The position numbers and the translations under genes are program-made. A stretch of DNA of 64,000 nucleotides from an uncultured Burkholderiales bacterium (GTDB lineage Bacteria; Pseudomonadota; Gammaproteobacteria; Burkholderiales; JAEUOS01): contig CAYUEG010000002.1 in assembly GCA_964443245.1 (NCBI GenBank), forward strand, positions 8,188 through 72,187, given 5' to 3'. Each line of letters opens with the position of its first letter. Within the stretch, counting starts at the first letter, position 1. Of the stretch, positions 19,005 to 28,341 are shown piece after piece. Below the pieces are notes generated by a model, which worked only from the letters and a program-made list of their open reading frames with translations, made no database searches and was not told where the DNA came from.

Positions 19005-19865
19005 ATGCTCGTCATTATTGGATACATCGTTGTAGTCGGCTCCGTCATTGGCGGCTTCGTCTTGCACGGCGGCAAACTGGCGGCACTGTGGCAGCCGTTC
19101 GAGCTGCTGATCATCGGCGGTGCTGCGATCGGTTCGATGGTGGTAACCAATACCGGCAAGGTGCTCAAGGGTGTCCTGAAAGCGCTGCCGACCTGTTTCA
19201 AGGGCTCGCAGTTCACCAAAGCCCGTTACCTCTCCCTGATGGCGCTCATGTTTGACATCCTGACCAAGGTGCGCAAGGAAGGTTTGATGTCGATCGAAAA
19301 GGATGTCGAGGATCCGCACGGCAGTGCCTTGTTTGGCAAGTACCCCGAACTGGCGGGTGACCATCATTTGATCGAATTCATTACGGATTACCTGCGCATG
19401 ATGGTCAGCGGCAACCTCAATCCGATGGAAATTGAAACCCTGATGGATCAGGAAATTGAAACGCACCACCAGGAAGGGCATGTGCCGGCGCATGCGGTGA
19501 CAGCTCTGGCAGACGGATTGCCAGCGTTCGGCATTGTGGCGGCAGTGATGGGGGTCGTGAACGTGATGGGTTCAGTCGGTGAGCCCCCGGCCATCCTGGG
19601 CGCCAAGATTGGCGCGGCGCTGGTGGGTACTTTTGTCGGCATCCTGCTGGCGTATGGCTTCGTCGGCCCGCTGGGCGGATTGCTGGTGCACAAGCTGGCG
19701 GAAAACAGCAAGCAGCTGGAGTGCGTCAAGGTGACGCTGCTCGCCAGCATGAATGGCTATGCGCCGCAGATTGCCGTCGAGTTTGGCCGCAAGGTCCTGT
19801 ACTCGACCGAGCGCCCCAGTTTTGCGGAGCTGGATAGCCATGTGCGCCAGTCCAAGGGCAAGTAG
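19005..19865 (+). CDS. motA: Flagellar stator protein MotA
   Basis: 286 aa with four TM segments. MLVIIGYIVVVGSVIGGFVLHGGKLAALWQPFELLIIGGAAIG and the conserved PAFGIVAAVMGVV plug/TM region. Confidence 0.95.
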   Translation: MLVIIGYIVVVGSVIGGFVLHGGKLAALWQPFELLIIGGAAIGSMVVTNTGKVLKGVLKALPTCFKGSQFTKARYLSLMALMFDILTKVRKEGLMSIEKDVEDPHGSALFGKYPELAGDHHLIEFITDYLRMMVSGNLNPMEIETLMDQEIETHHQEGHVPAHAVTALADGLPAFGIVAAVMGVVNVMGSVGEPPAILGAKIGAALVGTFVGILLAYGFVGPLGGLLVHKLAENSKQLECVKVTLLASMNGYAPQIAVEFGRKVLYSTERPSFAELDSHVRQSKGK

Positions 19866-19885
19866 GGCTCAACAGGACCAACACC

Positions 19886-20872
19886 ATGGCCGGCGGAAAA
19901 GGTAAAGCGGGCGAGATCCAGCCCATCGTCATCAAGCGCATCAAGAAGGTGTCCGGCGGGCATCATGGCGGCGCCTGGAAGATTGCCTACGCCGATTTCG
20001 TGACGGCGATGATGGCGTTCTTCCTCCTGATGTGGCTGCTGGGCTCGACCACACAGGGAGATCTGAAAGGCATTGCCGAATACTTCAATACGCCGCTGAA
20101 AGTGTCGCTGATGGGCGGCACCGGCAGTGGTGACGCCACCAGCATCATCAAGGGGGGCGGCAAGGATCTGACGCGGGAAACCGGGCAGGTGAAGGATGGT
20201 GCCAACAAGTCCGATCGCAAGAAGCATGAGGTATCGGAAGCCCGTCAGGAGATTGAACGCCTTGATCGCGCCAAGCTGGCGGCGCTCAAGGAGCGGATCG
20301 ACGGCATGCTGTCCACCAGCCCTTTGCTGCGCAACTTCCAGAACCAGATCCGGCTTGACATCACCTCCGAAGGCCTGCGCATCCAGATCGTCGACGAGAA
20401 CAACCGGCCGATGTTCGACAGCGGCCGTGCGGTACTGAAGGACTATTCGCGCGGCATCCTGCACGAGATCAGCCGTGCACTCAACGAGGTGGACAACAAG
20501 ATCTCGATTTCCGGCCACACGGATGCGCAGCCGTTTGTTTCCGGTGATCGTGGCTACAGCAACTGGGAACTCTCGGCAGACCGCTCCAACGCCGCCCGGC
20601 GCGAAATGGTGATGGCCGGCATTGATGAGCAGAAGATGGTCCGGGTGGTGGGGCTGGCTTCATCGATTCCCCTGATTCCGGAGGATCCATTCGATCCGCG
20701 CAACCGTCGCATCAGCATCATTGTGCTCAACAAGAAGGCGGAAGAGGCCGTAATGCGCCCTGTCCCGGCGCTTGACATCTCGAATCCGGAGGCCGTCAGC
20801 CAGCAACTGGCACCCGCTGCGCCCGGCGCACCGGCTCCGGTTGCCAGCCCGCTCCCCTCACCGCGCAAGTAA
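19886..20872 (+). CDS. motB: Flagellar stator protein MotB
   Basis: HGGAWKIAYADFVTAMMAFFLLMW carries the conserved Asp in its TM segment. The C-terminal OmpA-like domain reads ISISGHTDAQPF...NWELSADRSNAARREM...NRRISIIV. Confidence 0.95.
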   Translation: MAGGKGKAGEIQPIVIKRIKKVSGGHHGGAWKIAYADFVTAMMAFFLLMWLLGSTTQGDLKGIAEYFNTPLKVSLMGGTGSGDATSIIKGGGKDLTRETGQVKDGANKSDRKKHEVSEARQEIERLDRAKLAALKERIDGMLSTSPLLRNFQNQIRLDITSEGLRIQIVDENNRPMFDSGRAVLKDYSRGILHEISRALNEVDNKISISGHTDAQPFVSGDRGYSNWELSADRSNAARREMVMAGIDEQKMVRVVGLASSIPLIPEDPFDPRNRRISIIVLNKKAEEAVMRPVPALDISNPEAVSQQLAPAAPGAPAPVASPLPSPRK

Positions 20873-20900
20873 ACCGCATACCGTCTACAAGGAGAATCAA

Positions 20901-21830
20901 ATGGGTCACAGCGATTACCAGCTTCTGAACATGGTGAACGAGAAATCACGTCTGGCAGGGTCCAACAAGATGGAGCTTCTGCTGTTCTCCCTGGGCGGGG
21001 CGGAAACCTTCGGCATCAACGTGTTCAAGGTGCGCGAAGTCTGCGAATCCATGCAGATCACCAAGACGCCGAACATGCCGCTTGGTGTGGAGGGGATTGT
21101 CTCGTTGCGCGGCAGCATCATTCCGGTGATTGACCTCGCCACCTGCCTCTCGATGCCGTTTGACGGCGAGCGTACCAAGCTGATCATCACCGAGTTCTCC
21201 AGCCACACCCAGGCGTTCTACGTGGCCAACGTGGATCGCATCGTGCGGGTTGACTGGGACCAGGTCAAGACACCGCATAGCCTGGCCGCGAAGACGCTGG
21301 GGCTGATCACCGCCATTACCCAGCTTTCGGACGGCAAGCTGGTGTCGATTCTGGATGTCGAGCAGATTCTCTCGAACGTTATCGGAGAGACCGAGGTGCC
21401 GCATCTGGAACCGATTGCCGCCCCCAAACCGGCGAGCATCTTCTTTGCGGACGATTCCGGTCTGGCGCGCAAGAAGATCATGGAAGTGCTCGACAAGATG
21501 AGCATTTCCTACCAGTACGCCCAGAACGGGGCCGAAGCCTGGGAGAAGCTGAAGAAGATCGCCAAACGGGTGGAAGACGAGAACGGCGTTCTCAAGGACA
21601 CGATCAACCTGATTCTGACCGATGCCGAAATGCCCGAAATGGACGGCTACGTACTCACCAAGCACATCAAGGAGGACAGCCGTTTCGAAGGCATCCCCGT
21701 GATGATGCACTCGTCGCTGTCATCGACTGCCAACCAGAAGCTGGGGCAGCAGGTGGGTGTCGATGCCTACATCCCGAAATTCAACCCTGAAGATCTGTCT
21801 CGTGCCTTGACCGGCATGATCCTGCGTTAA
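20901..21830 (+). CDS. cheV: Chemotaxis coupling protein CheV (CheW domain + receiver)
   Basis: N-terminal CheW-like domain: ELLLFSLGGAETFGINVFKVREV...IVSLRGSIIPVIDL. C-terminal REC domain: FFADDSGLARKK, LILTDAEMPEMDG, YIPKF. ATG 20901 is preceded by AAGGAG. Confidence 0.9.
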   Translation: MGHSDYQLLNMVNEKSRLAGSNKMELLLFSLGGAETFGINVFKVREVCESMQITKTPNMPLGVEGIVSLRGSIIPVIDLATCLSMPFDGERTKLIITEFSSHTQAFYVANVDRIVRVDWDQVKTPHSLAAKTLGLITAITQLSDGKLVSILDVEQILSNVIGETEVPHLEPIAAPKPASIFFADDSGLARKKIMEVLDKMSISYQYAQNGAEAWEKLKKIAKRVEDENGVLKDTINLILTDAEMPEMDGYVLTKHIKEDSRFEGIPVMMHSSLSSTANQKLGQQVGVDAYIPKFNPEDLSRALTGMILR

Positions 21831-21843
21831 TCCGAGGTAATCC

Positions 21844-22233
21844 ATGTCAACTGCTGAACTCAAATTTCTCATCGTCGATGATTTCTCGACCATGCGCCGG
21901 ATCATTCGCAATCTTCTCAAGGAGATTGGCTATAGCAATGCCGACGAGGCTGAAGATGGCAATGCGGCCCTGACCAAGCTGCGTGGCGCGCGCTTTGACT
22001 TTGTGGTCTCCGACATCAACATGCCCAACATGAACGGGTTCGAACTGTTGCGGCAGATTCGGGCAGACGAAGGACTGAAGGCACTGCCGGTTCTGATGGT
22101 GACTGCCGAGGCCAAGAAGGAAGACATCGTCACTGCAGCACAGGCGGGCGCTTCCGGCTACATCGTCAAGCCCTTCACCAAGGCCGTGCTGGAAGAGAAA
22201 GTGGCCAAGATCATCCAGAAGCTGAAAGGGTAA
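21844..22233 (+). CDS. cheY: Chemotaxis response regulator CheY
   Basis: 129 aa. Signature residues are present: [37 protein letters not shown]. Confidence 0.95.
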   Translation: MSTAELKFLIVDDFSTMRRIIRNLLKEIGYSNADEAEDGNAALTKLRGARFDFVVSDINMPNMNGFELLRQIRADEGLKALPVLMVTAEAKKEDIVTAAQAGASGYIVKPFTKAVLEEKVAKIIQKLKG

Positions 22234-22239
22234 GGAATC

Positions 22240-22989
22240 ATGAGCCAAGTGGTGGAGAGCGAAACCGAAGATCTGGAAGCGCTGTTTGACCAGATCGCAG
22301 ACCAGCGCCGTGAAGAAATCCTGGCGCAACCGCAGCCAGCGCCGGCCGCCCCTGCTCAGGAGCAGCCGGCCGCGGGTGCGAACGACCCCTACGACGTCTT
22401 TCAGCGGATTGGCAGCCTGACGCGCAATCTGCATGACGCCCTGCGGGAGTTGGGGTATGACCGGCAAGTGGAGCGTGCGGTGGGCGCCCTGCCGGACGCC
22501 CGTTCGCGCTTGAGCTACATCGCGAACCTTACGGGCCAGGCTGCGGAGAAGGCGTTGGCCAAGTCAGAGGCCGGGTCGGCGATCCAGGAAAAGATTGGCG
22601 CCGAGGCGCAGGTGCTCGCCGAACGGTGGGACGCGCTGATGGCAGGGACCTTGTCCGTATCGGAGTTTCGCGAGAGTGCGCTGGCGACCCACGCCTTTCT
22701 CAATCAGCTGCCCGGGCGCGCAGCCGAAGCCAACAGCCTGTTCACGGACATCATGCTGGCCCAGGATTTCCATGATCTGACAGGGCAGGTGATCAAGAAG
22801 GTCGTGGATGTCGCCCAAAACCTGGAAACGCAGCTGGTCAAGCTGCTGATTGATGCCTCTCCACCCGAGCGTCGGGTGGAAGTGGGCGAGGAATGGCTCA
22901 ATGGCCCGGTCATCGATGCGGCTGGCCGCACTGACGTGGTGACAAACCAGGCGCAAGTGGATGATTTGCTGGAGAGCCTCGGCTTTTGA
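22240..22989 (+). CDS. cheZ: CheY-P phosphatase CheZ
   Basis: 249 aa. The catalytic region QDFHDLTGQVIKKV and the C-terminal CheY-binding peptide QAQVDDLLESLGF are present. Confidence 0.85.
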   Translation: MSQVVESETEDLEALFDQIADQRREEILAQPQPAPAAPAQEQPAAGANDPYDVFQRIGSLTRNLHDALRELGYDRQVERAVGALPDARSRLSYIANLTGQAAEKALAKSEAGSAIQEKIGAEAQVLAERWDALMAGTLSVSEFRESALATHAFLNQLPGRAAEANSLFTDIMLAQDFHDLTGQVIKKVVDVAQNLETQLVKLLIDASPPERRVEVGEEWLNGPVIDAAGRTDVVTNQAQVDDLLESLGF

Positions 22990-23016
22990 CGGGGCGCGCC
23001 AAACGGAGAAGTGCTG

Positions 23017-24795
23017 ATGAGCGACATGAGTGAGATGCAGGACCTGCTGCAGGATTTTCTGGCCGAAGCCGGCGACATGCTGGACGACGTGGACCAGAAG
23101 CTGATCATGCTGGAGCACGCGCCGGAAGACATGGAGTTGCTCAATACGATCTTTCGCGGATTCCACACGATCAAGGGGGGGGCTGGCTTTCTCGATGCGC
23201 AGGCCATGGTGGCCTTGTGCCATCGGACAGAGAATCTGTTTGATCACCTGCGCAGCGGCAAGCTCAAGCTCTTTCCGGAGATGATGGATGCGATCCTGGA
23301 AGCCACCGCCCACGTCAAGCGGATGATGAGCGAGATGGGAGAACACTCTGCGCCTGGTGCGGCCCCTGCAGAATTGCTGGCTGCGCTGGATCTGCTGGCC
23401 AAGGGCGAACGGCCGGCGGCCGCACCTGCCGGCGCAGTCTCCGCCCCGGCCGCGGGCGCGCAAGCGGCAACGGAGCCCGATTGGGCCGAGCTGCACCGGC
23501 TGCTGACCAATCCGGGCGCTGCGGCGTCAGCGCCGCCCGCTGCACCTCCGGCTGTCAAGGCAGAGGCGCCGCGGGCTGCGGAGGCACCCCGGCCACTGCC
23601 GGCAGAGACGGGCAAGTCCGGCGCCAGCAAGGAAAACACCCTGCGTGTCGATACCGCGCGCTTTGACCAGATCCTCAATTTGTCCGGCGAGATCGGCCTG
23701 ACCAAGAATCGCCTGAATTGCCTGAACGCCGAACTGGAGCGTCTGGGTGGCGACAACGCATCGGTGCGGACCATCAGTCAGGTACTGGGGCGGCTCGACA
23801 CCCTGGTCTCCGACCTGCAGACGGCCGTGATGAAGGCTCGCATGCAGCCGGTGGGCCGGGTGTTCCAGAAGTACACCCGCCTGGCGCGCGACGTGGCGCG
23901 GCAGCTGGGCAAAGACGCCGACCTGATCATCGAGGGTGCCGAGACCGAGGTGGACAAGACCATCCTCGAGGAGCTCAATGACCCGCTGGTACATCTGATC
24001 CGCAATTCAGTCGATCACGGGCTGGAGACCACCAAGGAGCGTACCGCCCTGGGCAAGCCCGCGCGTGGCTCGATCAGGCTGAGTGCCAGGCAGGCGGGGG
24101 ACCACATCATCATCGAGATCGTCGATGACGGCCGCGGCATGGATCCGGAGATATTGCGCCGCAAGGCGGTCGAGAAGGGCTTGATCTCGCTCGACGAAGC
24201 CAATTCGCTGGACGAGCGCCAGAGCCTGAACCTGATTTTTCTGCCCGGATTCTCGACCAAGACCGATATCAGCGAGGTCTCGGGACGGGGGGTCGGCATG
24301 GATGTGGTGCGGACCAACATCCAGCGTCTGAAAGGGCGCATCGAACTGACATCCAATCTGGGCCGTGGTTCGCGCGTCAGCATCGCGCTGCCGCTCACCC
24401 TGGCGATCCTTCCGGTCCTGATGATGCGGACGGGCGCCCAGGTGTATGCGGTGCCGCTTTCGTCAGTACGGGAAATCATCCCGCTTGATTCAGGCCTGCT
24501 GCAGCTGGTCGGCGGCATGCCCAGCGTGACAGTGCGTGGTGACGTCTTGCCGGTGTTGCCGCTGGCCGGGCTGCTGGGCGTGCCAAGCCCATCCCCATCG
24601 CCGGTGGGCGTGGTGGTCACAGTACGCGAAAAGGATCTTGTCATCGGGGTGGACAGCCTGGCGGGACAGGACGAAGTCATGGTCAAGCCGCTGGAGGGAC
24701 TCAAGCCGCGCGGTGTCACCGGGGCCACGCTGTCGGGCGACGGCGTGCTGGTGCTGGTGCTGGAGTTGCACGAGCTGCTCGGGGATTCGCTCTAG
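23017..24795 (+). CDS. cheA: Chemotaxis histidine kinase CheA (P1-linker-P3-P4-P5; no obvious P2)
   Basis: HPt domain FRGFHTIKGGAGFL, dimerisation/kinase core (NDPLVHLIRNSVDHGLE, DDGRGMD, GRGVGMDVV) and C-terminal CheW-like P5. ATG 23017 follows GGAGAA. The region between P1 and P3 is about 100 aa of Ala/Pro-rich linker. Confidence 0.95.
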   Translation: MSDMSEMQDLLQDFLAEAGDMLDDVDQKLIMLEHAPEDMELLNTIFRGFHTIKGGAGFLDAQAMVALCHRTENLFDHLRSGKLKLFPEMMDAILEATAHVKRMMSEMGEHSAPGAAPAELLAALDLLAKGERPAAAPAGAVSAPAAGAQAATEPDWAELHRLLTNPGAAASAPPAAPPAVKAEAPRAAEAPRPLPAETGKSGASKENTLRVDTARFDQILNLSGEIGLTKNRLNCLNAELERLGGDNASVRTISQVLGRLDTLVSDLQTAVMKARMQPVGRVFQKYTRLARDVARQLGKDADLIIEGAETEVDKTILEELNDPLVHLIRNSVDHGLETTKERTALGKPARGSIRLSARQAGDHIIIEIVDDGRGMDPEILRRKAVEKGLISLDEANSLDERQSLNLIFLPGFSTKTDISEVSGRGVGMDVVRTNIQRLKGRIELTSNLGRGSRVSIALPLTLAILPVLMMRTGAQVYAVPLSSVREIIPLDSGLLQLVGGMPSVTVRGDVLPVLPLAGLLGVPSPSPSPVGVVVTVREKDLVIGVDSLAGQDEVMVKPLEGLKPRGVTGATLSGDGVLVLVLELHELLGDSL

Positions 24796-24903
24796 TAAGG
24801 CGCGGTGGCACCGGGCATCGCGTAAAAAGGGACAGCAGCAACCGCAGCAAAGAAGGTGTTTCTGATGATGCTGGCGGCGCGCGGGCGCCGGGAGGAGAAC
24901 GGA

Positions 24904-26709
24904 ATGGATCGATTGATGCGCTGGTACGAAGCGATCGAGGAGCGCTTCTTTTTCACCCTGACACGCAAGATCGCAGCCAACATGCTGCTGCTGATGGCCG
25001 TTCCGCTGGCGATGGCCTGGCTGGCGTGGCAGAGCGGGCAGGGTGCGCTCCAGGCGGCAATGACCTCCGGCACGCCACCGGCGGCGCTGGAAGGCATCAG
25101 CCATGCGGTCCAGGTGCAGGCATGGATGATCGGGACCCTGGCGCTGCTGGCCGTTGTGGTGGCTGTTGCGGCCGGACTTTACCTCAGGCATCTGATTGTG
25201 CGGCCGGTCGCCCGTCTGGTCAGCCTGATGCAGGAAATCAGCTCCGGCGATGCCGATCTGACCCGCACCATGCCGTTGCAAACCCGGGACGAACTGCGTG
25301 ATCTGGCCGAAGGGTACAACCGCTTTGCCGCGCGCCTGCGCGACATCGTCGGCCAGGTAAGACACATGAGCATCCAGGTGGCCTACGAGTCGGCCAAGAC
25401 CGCGAGCGAGGTGGGTCAGTCGGCCCAACTGGCGGTGCGGCAGGACCAGCTGTCGACCGAGATCTTCGGGGCTTCGGAGGAAGCCAGGCAGGGGCTGGCG
25501 CGGATCAGTGCCAGCGCGGAAGTGCTGACTGCTGCCAACGCGACCCATCTCGAACACGCGCACGCTTCATTCAACGAATTGCAGGCGGGCATCGGGGAAC
25601 TCGAATCGGTCCGCTCGCGGGTTCTCTCCTTTACCGGAACCGTGGGTGATCTGGACCGCAATTCCAGGGGAATTGAACAGATTGTCAATCTGATCAACGG
25701 CATATCCGATCAGACCAACCTGCTGGCGCTCAATGCCGCAATCGAAGCGGCGCGTGCCGGGGAAGCCGGACGCGGCTTTGCGGTGGTGGCAGACGAAGTA
25801 CGCAAGCTGGCCGAGAAGGTGAAGGCGGCCACTGGCGACATCATGGCCAGCACGCGTGACATGTCGGTCCTGGTCGCCAGCACGCTGCGGGAGACGGCGG
25901 CGATCGAAGGCGAGATCGAACGGGCGCGTCAGGCCGTTCAGGGTTCGTCCCAGCGGTTTGAAGCCTTTGTGCGCGAATTTGCCGACATTGGCGGCACCAT
26001 CGGGCAGGTGGGTGATTCGATCAGCGGGCTCGAATCCGGCCAGGTTCAGTTATACGGGAAGGTGGCGTCGATCCGCGATCTGTCTGCCGATGTCGCGCAG
26101 CGGATGGCACATTCACGCGACAGTTCGTCAGAGCTGTCCCTTGCGGCCGAGCAGATCGAAGAGCTGGCGGCGCGCTTCCGGATTGGGAACGATGTGCTCG
26201 AAGAAATGATCGGCCGATCGGAGCGCTACCGCGATGCGTGTGCCGAGGTGTTGTGCGGGCTGGCCGAACGCGGCATGGACGTGTTTGACCGCAACTACCG
26301 GCCGATTCCCGACACCCAGCCGCCCAAATTCCATACTGCTTACGACCAGGCGTGCGAGGGCGGATTTCAGTCACTGTTTGACGCCCTGGTGCGGGAGACG
26401 GCGGGGGCGACCTATGCCCTTTGCATTGACGCGAACGCCTATGCCCCTACGCACAACAGCTGGTTCTCCAAGCCCTTGACGGGTGATCCGGCAGCAGATC
26501 TGGTGGGGAGCCGCGACAAGCGCATGTTTACCGATGTCACCGGCAAGCGCGGGGCTGCCAATCAGCAACGCTTCCTGCTGCAGACCTACCGCCGGGATAC
26601 CGGCGAGATCCTGTGCGACCTGTCGATGCCAATCTTTGTGGCCGGGCGCCACTGGGGCTGCCTGCGCCTTGGGTTCAAGCCCGAAGTGCTCCTCAAGGGG
26701 GCAACTTAA
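24904..26709 (+). CDS. Methyl-accepting chemotaxis protein with a short periplasmic loop, HAMP, and an extra C-terminal sensor-like domain
   Basis: Two TM helices about 30 aa apart, then HAMP ([27 protein letters not shown]). The signalling hairpin is [38 protein letters not shown]. About 165 further residues end in [38 protein letters not shown] 24904 is preceded by GGAGGAG. Confidence 0.9.
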   Translation: MDRLMRWYEAIEERFFFTLTRKIAANMLLLMAVPLAMAWLAWQSGQGALQAAMTSGTPPAALEGISHAVQVQAWMIGTLALLAVVVAVAAGLYLRHLIVRPVARLVSLMQEISSGDADLTRTMPLQTRDELRDLAEGYNRFAARLRDIVGQVRHMSIQVAYESAKTASEVGQSAQLAVRQDQLSTEIFGASEEARQGLARISASAEVLTAANATHLEHAHASFNELQAGIGELESVRSRVLSFTGTVGDLDRNSRGIEQIVNLINGISDQTNLLALNAAIEAARAGEAGRGFAVVADEVRKLAEKVKAATGDIMASTRDMSVLVASTLRETAAIEGEIERARQAVQGSSQRFEAFVREFADIGGTIGQVGDSISGLESGQVQLYGKVASIRDLSADVAQRMAHSRDSSSELSLAAEQIEELAARFRIGNDVLEEMIGRSERYRDACAEVLCGLAERGMDVFDRNYRPIPDTQPPKFHTAYDQACEGGFQSLFDALVRETAGATYALCIDANAYAPTHNSWFSKPLTGDPAADLVGSRDKRMFTDVTGKRGAANQQRFLLQTYRRDTGEILCDLSMPIFVAGRHWGCLRLGFKPEVLLKGAT

Positions 26710-26720
26710 GAAGTCAAGTA

Positions 26721-26764
26721 AAAACCCCTGAAACCGTTGTCGCACAACGGTTTCAGGGGTTTTT
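26721..26764. terminator. Bidirectional rho-independent terminator
   Basis: aaaacccctgaaaccgttgt-cgc-acaacggtttcaggggtttt is a perfect stem of about 16-20 bp. It is flanked by an A-run and a T-run and lies between the convergent mcp and the small acidic ORF. Confidence 0.8.
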
Positions 26765-26811
26765 GAGAGACGTGAATGCTGGCCTGACGGCGGCCAGCGG
26801 CAGCGCTTTGG

Positions 26812-27009
26812 CTAGCGTGCTGCAAGCCGGGCGCGCCGGCTTGGGCGATGGGCGATCAGCGACAGCAGGTCCTCTTCGAACAGCTCTTCATCCGCTGCTT
26901 CGAAGTCCTCGTTGATGCTGGCGTAATCCTCGGCCATTGCCAGCGCCTGATCCACATAAAAGTCGTCGAATGCTTCGCCAGCGAAGCCGGCGCGGTCCAA
27001 TTGTCCCAT
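26812..27009 (-). CDS. Small acidic hypothetical protein (65 aa)
   Basis: The ATG is preceded by a strong SD (GAAGGAGAACAGAAATG). GC3-rich codons. MGQLDRAGFAGEAFDDFYVDQALAMAEDYASINEDFEAADEELFEEDLLSLIAHRPSRRARLAAR is a very acidic body with a basic tail. I recognise no family. Confidence 0.5.
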   Translation of the reverse strand: MGQLDRAGFAGEAFDDFYVDQALAMAEDYASINEDFEAADEELFEEDLLSLIAHRPSRRARLAAR

Positions 27010-27198
27010 TTCTGTTCTCCTTCACTGACGGTGGTTTGAGGGGCCGGACGTCTGGTCCGGTTGCACTCCAATCTACGCTCCGCGGGACAAGCCGGTCAGT
27101 TGATTAGGGCGGGGATTGGCAACCTATTCCTGCCTTCCGGGCGCGCGCCCCCCGGAATAATTGACGGACTCATAAGCGTGTCCAGGCAGGGTTTGTCA

Positions 27199-28341
27199 AT
27201 GGCTGAAGAGCAGGATCAGGAAAGACATTTACCAGCGTCGCAAAAGCGGCTGGATGATGCCCGGGAGAAGGGGCAGATTCCGCGTTCGCGCGAGCTGACG
27301 ACGGCTGTCATGCTGCTGGTAGCGGCAGCGACGCTGGTCACATTTGGCCCGGCGGCCAATCGTGACGTGATGGAGTTGCTGGGGAGTGGGCTGCACCTTT
27401 CGCGGGCCAGTGCCTTTGAGCCGGCAGTGGCACTGCGCCAGGCGGCGGAAACGGCGGTGGCAGGCCTGCTGGCGTTTGCGCCGCTGTTCGCGGTGCTGAC
27501 GGCGACTGCGCTGGCGGCGCCGATCTTGGTGGGTGGCTGGATCTTCAGCCACGAAGCCTATACCCCGGATCCGTCACGCATGAATCCGCTGCGCGGCCTG
27601 GCGAACCTGGTGTCGGGCCACGCGCTGGCAGAACTGCTCAAGGGGATTGCCAAGGTAACGCTGGTAGGGGCGGTGGCGGCCTGGGTTCTCTGGTCGGACC
27701 AGCCGCAGCTGGCGATGCTGCCGGCGCTGGATCCAAAGGCTGCGGTGGCGCAGTCCGGCAGCCTGATGCTGCACGATTTCCTGGTGATTGCGTCGATTCT
27801 CGTGATTGTGGCCGCGGCCGATGTACCACTGCAGATCTGGCGCCACAACAGCCAGCTCAAGATGTCGCTCGAAGAGGTCAAGCGGGAAGCGCGCGAGAGC
27901 GAGGGCGATCCCCAGCTCAAGGGGCGGATCCGCCAACTGCAGCGTGAAGCGGCGCGCCGGCGCATGATGTCCGCCGTGCCGACCGCTGACGTGGTGGTGA
28001 CCAATCCGACCCACTATGCCGTCGCCCTGAGCTACCGTTCTGCCTCCATGCGGGCGCCACGGATCGTTGCGCTCGGCCAGGATGAGGTGGCAGCGCGCAT
28101 TCGGCAGATTGCCCAGGAAAACGGTGTGCCGCTGCTGGAGGCGCCGCCGCTGGCGCGTGCCCTGTATCGCCATGGTGATCTGGAACAGGAGATTCCGGCG
28201 GCCCTGTACAACGCCGTTGCCCAGGTGCTGGCGGTGGTGTACCAGTTGAAGGCCGGCTCGGCACAACTGGCCGACAGCATGCTGGCAGACCTGGAAGTGC
28301 CGCCCGAGCTTGATCCCTTGAATGCGCGGGGTGCCGCATGA
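27199..28341 (+). CDS. flhB: Flagellar export switch protein FlhB
   Basis: MAEEQDQERHLPASQKRLDDAREKGQIPRSREL at the N-terminus, four TM segments, and the autocleavage site NPTHYAVAL. Confidence 0.95.
   Translation: MAEEQDQERHLPASQKRLDDAREKGQIPRSRELTTAVMLLVAAATLVTFGPAANRDVMELLGSGLHLSRASAFEPAVALRQAAETAVAGLLAFAPLFAVLTATALAAPILVGGWIFSHEAYTPDPSRMNPLRGLANLVSGHALAELLKGIAKVTLVGAVAAWVLWSDQPQLAMLPALDPKAAVAQSGSLMLHDFLVIASILVIVAAADVPLQIWRHNSQLKMSLEEVKREARESEGDPQLKGRIRQLQREAARRRMMSAVPTADVVVTNPTHYAVALSYRSASMRAPRIVALGQDEVAARIRQIAQENGVPLLEAPPLARALYRHGDLEQEIPAALYNAVAQVLAVVYQLKAGSAQLADSMLADLEVPPELDPLNARGAA

Noticed and set aside
18637-19035. ORFs of 132 aa and 93 aa spanning the flhC 3' end and the flhC-motA spacer.
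   Set aside because: - Out of frame over flhC, Arg/Pro-rich, and without an RBS.
- The 220-nt spacer more likely holds the motA regulatory region.
- I also looked there for a sigma-28 promoter and found only poor matches (GGCGATAG, GCCGGTTGATAA).
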